NCBI RefSeq assembly: GCF_001194135.2
Contig: NC_069007.1
Span: forward strand, 11,037,701-11,078,681
Source: Octopus bimaculoides
Lineage: Eukaryota
Length of the DNA: 40,981 nucleotides
Direction of reading: 5' to 3'
This document shows, one piece after another, positions 35,420 to 40,981 of the stretch. A program made the translations under genes and the position numbers. How positions within the stretch are numbered: the stretch's first letter is position 1; each line of letters opens with the position of its first letter. Under the pieces are notes generated by a model. The model saw nothing but the letters and a program-made list of their open reading frames with translations, did no database searches and was not told the origin of the DNA.

Positions 35420-35960
35420 ATCTGTGCTTGTGTATGTATGCATACATGTCTGTGTGTGTGCGTGTGTATAGCTGTGTGTGTGTATGTGTGTAAAGCTGTA
35501 AGTGTGTGTATTTGTATGTAATGTGTGTTTCTTTGTAGGTGTGAGTGTCTGTGTAGCTGTGAGTGTATAGATCTGGATATGAAAGTTTATGTGATCACTT
35601 ATATGCATATGAATGATTGCAGATGTGTGTTTATATACATGTGTGTGTATACACGTGTGTGTATTTGTACATACTGGTGTGAATGTGTATATGTAGCTGC
35701 AGTTTTGTATATGTATATCCATACATATATATATATATATGTGTGTAACTGCATGTGTACATGTATTTGTGTTTGTGTAGCTATTAGTATATTTAAATTA
35801 TTCTTTGTGTTTGCGTGTATGTATATGTAACTGTATGTGGGTGAGTGCATGGAACTCCATATGTTTAATTGTATGTATGTATATATATATATGTGTGTGT
35901 GTGTGTTTTGTGTGTATATGTATATGCATGTATGTTTGTATGCATTGTGTGTGTGCACCG
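35420..35960. repeat. Degenerate (TG)/(TA) low-complexity tract
   Basis: Direct reading of the sequence. Confidence 0.85.
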
Positions 35961-36158
35961 TATTTTATTTGTCTATGTTTCTGTGCAGTATTATTTATTG
36001 CAGACTAGTATACTGTTAATCCCGAAGGAGATTGGATTATCTCAACATCCAACTGTCCAGTGCTCACCAACACCACTGCTGCTACCACCACCACCACTCC
36101 TCTGTACCACCCACGTATACCACTCCCATCATCACTACCAGTAACATAAATAACAACG

Positions 36159-36364
36159 TTTAGAACATACAATACATGAGCCAAGAAGAAAGCCTCTAGA
36201 TGGTTTCTCAACCTGCTAGAAATAACAGCAAACTCTCCCCAATAATTACAACTTTTAGAACATACAATACATGAGCCAAGAAGGAAGTCTGTACATGGTT
36301 TCTTAACCTGCTAGAAATAAAAGAAAACTCTCCCCAATAATTACAACTTTTAGAACATACAATA
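36159..36364. repeat. 95-bp tandem duplication, 2 units plus a partial
   Basis: tttagaacatacaat at 36159, 36254 and 36349. Confidence 0.9.
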
Positions 36365-36754
36365 GATGACATTATTTACATTATTTACATTCGATGGATA
36401 TTTGTCCTCATCTTGTTTATTGTTAACACACAAGATGTCTGGGTTCCTTAACAGATGGTGATACAGAACAAACCAGGTGTTTTCACACCTTTTTTCTCCA
36501 TGGTAACTGCAGTGTATTTGCCTTTAGCAGTTGAAATATATGACAAACATATTTCAACTGGCCTAAATTCTGCTCATACCTAAACACTGCTTCGTGCTAA
36601 CACTTCATTGAAATTATATTTTTTCTACATGTTTGAAAAAGAAATTCTCTAATGTGGTCCTGTCCTGTTACAATATATTTCATTTTCAGTGGACTTTCGA
36701 AACAATGTTACTCCACCACCTTTCCCTCAATGTAGCAGAAAGAGCACTTCATCT

Positions 36755-36948
36755 TTCTCTTGTTTCAGTCATTAGACTGTGGCCATGTTGGGGCACCACC
36801 TTGAAGAATTTTTAGTTAAATGAATCGACCCCAGTCTTTTCTGTTTTTCTTAGGCCTGATGCTTATTCTATTGTTCTCTTTTGCTGAACTACTAAGTTAC
36901 AGGGACGTAAACACACCAACACCAGTTGTCAAGTGGTGGTGGGGGGGA

Positions 36949-36987
<39 letters not shown>

Positions 36988-37112
36988 ACATGGCCTGATT
37001 CTTTCAGTTTCCTGTCTACCAAATCCACTCAAAAGGCTTTGATCAGCCCGAGGCTATAGTAGAAGACACTTGCACAAGGTGCCATGCAGTGGGACTGAAC
37101 CCAGAGCCATGT
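36755..37112 (-). mobile_element. SINE family A, lacking A-box end
   Basis: Homologous to 9462-9872. Confidence 0.85.
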
Positions 37113-37331
37113 GCCTGGCTTTTGTAGTTAGGTACTGACCCCTTGCAACTAAAATCAAGCTTTCCCATTTCCCTTTACGTTCAGAAATCTTTAATCACTG
37201 TTGCCTTTAACTCTGACTTGAATATTATTCTCTCCGATTTTCTTCAGTATATCTTAGAACATATTCTGCTGTTAGTCACATGTAATGACATAGATATCAT
37301 TTCCACTTACTGCAGATCCTTATAGAATTAC

Positions 37332-37367
<36 letters not shown>

Positions 37368-37889
37368 GTTTTTTTTACATTTGATTTTGGCTCTGGTATT
37401 GTTATTAAATATATTTCTGTGTTTTATATTTTCGTTTATATTGAGAGCCATGTTTCCATGTCCAACGTGTTATTCAGCAGAACCAATTCTATCATTGTTA
37501 TCAAAATGAAATGAAATGTCCTTGTAATGGTAAATCTCATTGCTTTACTTTTTTAGATCGTTGTTATCTAAGGCCTGTCTTTTTATAACTGATTCTATGT
37601 AAACCCTACCACTTTCCTAATGTGCCGTTGTAGTGTACTCTTAGCAGCCAGCTTTGTTGTAAATAAAACAATGACTATCATCACCATAGAGGCAAGATGG
37701 AAGAATTATTAGAGTGACAGAAAAATTGCTTTGTAGTAATTATTCTGATGCTTTAAATCAGTGGTTTCCTTGGAGGTGGTGGAATGATCCAGTGGGGGGA
37801 GCATTGAAGAAAAGTGGGATGATAATGGGGTAGCCAAAATGGTGTGATAGATATTAAAAAAAATTATTTATAGTTTAATTGGGTATAGT

Positions 37890-38197
37890 GGAGGCACATA
37901 GCCTAGTGGTTAGAGAAGTGGACTTGTGGTTGAGAGATTGTGGGTTCGAATCTCAGACTGGGCGATGTGTGTGTTTATGAGTGAAACAGCTAAGCTCCAA
38001 GTGGCTCTGGCAGAAGGTAATACCAAACCTCTGATGACTGTTTTGCTACTAATTTCTCCCGTGCTTTCCTCCTGCATCTATTAGCTCACCTGTGACGAAC
38101 CGGCATCCTATCCAGTTGGGCAACCTGTACGCTAATGAAATCAGGAAACCAGCCCTTATGAGCCAGGCATGGCTTGAGAAGGGACAACAACAATAAC
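37890..38197 (+). mobile_element. tRNA-derived SINE, family D (single copy here)
   Basis: A-box tagcctagtgg, B-box ggttcgaatct, (CAA)n-like tail. Confidence 0.7.
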
Positions 38198-38546
38198 GTA
38201 TAAGTTTTATTTGTAAAATACAGCTGTTTTGAATTTGCTGCAGAAAATGGTCTATATTTGTGGTGGGGAGGGTGAGTGGGGTGCTTGGAATGTGGCCTGG
38301 GTGCTAAAGGAGAGGCAGCTTGAAAAAGTTTGGTGACTACTGCTTAAAGTTCTAGGACCCACCATATATATATACATATATATACATGTATATATATATA
38401 TATGTATATATACATGCATGTATATATATATATATATATATATATANNNNNNNNNNNNNNNNNNNNNNNNNNNNNNNNNNNNNNNNNNNNNNNNNNNNNN
38501 NNNNNNNNNNNNNNNNNNNNNNNNNNNNNNNNNNNNNNNNNNNNNN

Positions 38547-38775
38547 CCCACACATAATCAAGGGTATTGCAGTCTGGGGAGTTAGGTGGCCGAATGTTAG
38601 GAGTGATGTTGTCGCAGAAATTGTCTGACAGCCATGACTGGGTTCCCTTGCTTGAGTGACTCACACTCTCTTGTCCCCCTCCAACCCTCCCCTGTGATAA
38701 ACTCTGTGGCTCTTCTATCCGACACTTGGCCTGAACAGCCACCTCAGGCATTGGTACCCTTTGCACCCATTAAAA
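38547..38775 (-). mobile_element. Second DD37D transposase fragment
   Basis: TQSWLSDNFCDNITPNIRPPNSPDCNTLDYVW, homologous to about 28890-28990. Confidence 0.8.
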
Positions 38776-38841
38776 TGAAGAGGCTCAATCACTCACTACA
38801 GATGAACTACTCAGATACAAGTTAATGCTACTACTGATGAT

Positions 38842-38878
<37 letters not shown>

Positions 38879-38881
<3 letters not shown>

Positions 38882-40981
38882 TCATCATCATGCTGGCATG
38901 GGTTGGACGGTTTGACTGGGGGCTGGCAAGCCAGGAGGCTGTACCAGGCTCCAATCCGATCTAGCAAAGTTTCCACAGCTGGATGCCCTTCCTAATGCCA
39001 ACCACTCCAAGAGTGTAGTGGCTGCTTTTTATGTGCCACCGGCATGAGGGCTAGTCAGGCAGTACTAGCATCGACCACGCTTGAATGGTACTTCTTGCAT
39101 GCCACTGGCACAGGACCAGTCAGCCAGCATTGGCATCAACCATGCTCGAATAGTGCTTTTTATGTGCCACCGGCATGAGAGTCAGTCAGGCAGTATTGGC
39201 AACGATCGTGCTCGAATGGTGCTTTGAACATGTCACTAGCAATGATTATGCTCGAATGGTGCTTTTAACTTGCCACTGGCATGGGTGCCAATCAGGCGGT
39301 ACTGTTATTGGCCATTTTCACTTGCCTCAACAGGTCTTTGCAAGCGCAGTCTATTGCCCACTGATTGAAGGGTACTCTTAAATGGGCTGGTCATGCTGCA
39401 CTGGCATAGGCCATGGTTAAAGTCTCATTTGACTTGCCGGGTATTCTCAAGCACAGCATATCTCCAAAGGTTTCGGTCACTTGTCATTGCTTTGGTGAGG
39501 CCCAATTTTCGAAGGTCGTGCTTCACCACCTTATCCCAGGTCTTCCTGGGTCTAGCTCTTCCACAGGTTCCCTCTACTGCTAGGGTGTGACACTTTTTCA
39601 CACAGCTGTCCTCATCCATACACAACACATGACCATACCAGAACAGTCGTCTCTCTTACACACCACATTTCATGCTTCTTTTCTCTCAGGGTGCTTACAC
39701 TCTGTTGTGTATGCACACTGACATTACACATCTAGCGGAACATACTAGCTTCATTCCTTGCAAGCTTATGCATGTCCTCAGCAGTTACAGCCCATGTTTC
39801 ACTGCCATGTAGCATGGCTGTTTGCACACATGCATCATACAGTCTACCTTTTACTTTGAGTGAGAGGCCCTTTGACACCAGCAGAGGTAGGAGCTCTCTG
39901 AACTTTGCCCAGGCTATTCTTATTCTAGCAGCTATGCTCTCAGAGCATCCACCCCCACTACTGACTTGGTCCCTTAGGTAACGGAAGCTATCAACTACTT
40001 CCAGTTTTTTTCCCCTGGCATGTGATGGAAGCTGTTTTCTGCACATTTTCAGTGTTAATTGCCCCTGAACATTTGCCACACACAAAACTATCTTCCTAGT
40101 TAGCCTTCCTTTGATATTGCTGCACCTCTTATGTGTCCATAGCTTGCACTGAGTGCATCTTATAGAGTTTCTACCTACGCCTTTTCTATAGATCAAGCAG
40201 GGCCATCTACCTGACAGGCTTTGTGTGTTGTCTGCCTTCCTACTTATTAAGACTTTGGTTTTAGCTAGATTGACGCTAAGGCCCTTCGATTCTAGTCCTT
40301 GTTTCCACACCTGAAACTTCTCCTCTAGTTCTGATAGTGACTCCGCAATTAGAGCAAGGTCATCAGTATAGAAAAGCTCCCAGGGGCATCCTGTCTTGAA
40401 TTCCTCTGTTATTGCCTGGAGGACTATGATGAATAAAATAGAGCTCAGGTCTGTTCCTTGTTGGACCCCTACCTCTACCCGGAATTCTTCACTGTACTCG
40501 TTGCGAACCCTTACCTTACTGATAGCGCCTCTGTACATGGCTCACACAGCTCTCACTAGCCATTCATCTATCCCTAGTTTTTGCATTGACCACCAGATAA
40601 GGGATTGGGGGACCCTGTCAAAGGCTTTCTCCTTGTGAAAGAAAGCTAGGTACAGAGGTTTATCTTTGGCTAGGTATTTCTCGTGCAGCTGTCTTACCAG
40701 AAATATAGCATCAGTGGTGCTTTTCTCTGTCACAAACCCAAACTGCATCTCATCTAAACTGACTCTCTCCCTAATTAGTTGGGCTATGACCCTCTCCGTG
40801 ACTTTCATTACCTGATCTAACAACTTGATACCTCTGAAATTATTTGTATCTAAAGTGTCACCTTTACCTTTGTAGCAGTTGACTATGGTGCTGCTACACC
40901 AGTCATTGGGTATGACTCCTTCATGTATCACCTGATTGACTATATGGGTGACGAGACAATAACTGACACTGCCAGATATTT
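38879..40981 (-). mobile_element. RTE-clade LINE with the 3' part of ORF2 (RT); continues beyond the window; disrupted
   Basis: NNFRGIKLL, QFGFVTEKSTTDAIF, KAFDRVP, GVQQG, LFYTDDL, SFRYL, stop near 39425; in-frame stop near 40540 and frameshifts; 3' UTR and (GAT)n tail. Confidence 0.95.

Noticed and set aside
1580-37059. YIYI/HTHT/VCVC-rich ORFs
   Set aside because: These are translations of (TA)n, (CA)n and (TG)n microsatellites with no sign of coding.
9840-37955. tRNA genes suggested by A/B boxes
   Set aside because: Every A/B-box pair heads a multi-copy SINE body and lacks a complete cloverleaf.
818-38766. Long ORFs containing X runs (e.g. 818-1579, 2418-3197, 19570-20797, 24269-25174, 31159-31901)
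   Set aside because: They are open only because N gaps contain no stop codons.
39732-40931. RT ORFs as an active or domesticated gene
   Set aside because: There is an in-frame stop near 40540, compensating frameshifts near 40075 and 40010, and a further break before 39628. This is a decayed TE copy.

Overview
AT-rich, gap-containing eukaryotic DNA packed with microsatellites and decayed transposable elements. The repeat repertoire resembles an octopus (coleoid cephalopod) draft genome; this is my recognition, not a database result. No intact host gene, RNA gene or CRISPR array is supported, and most ORF-track entries are N-gap or (TA)n/(CA)n artefacts. The window holds RTE-clade LINE copies with (GAT)n tails, including two with RT remnants (5936-7576 and 38879-40981, minus). 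It also has two R4/Dong-like LINE fragments (RT, CCHC, restriction-like endonuclease), an RTE-BovB-like 3' end, at least four tRNA-derived SINE families, DD37D Tc1/mariner remnants, mariner and pogo MITEs, and a Helitron helicase C-terminus. The most notable observation is a canonical C4HC3 PHD-type zinc finger embedded inside the RT domain of the local RTE family, seen in two copies. Other unexplained structures are two decayed 56-bp arrays, a ~200-bp head-to-tail array, hairpin modules in the RTE 3' UTR, a possible RTE/Dong chimera and a cluster of metal-response-element cores.
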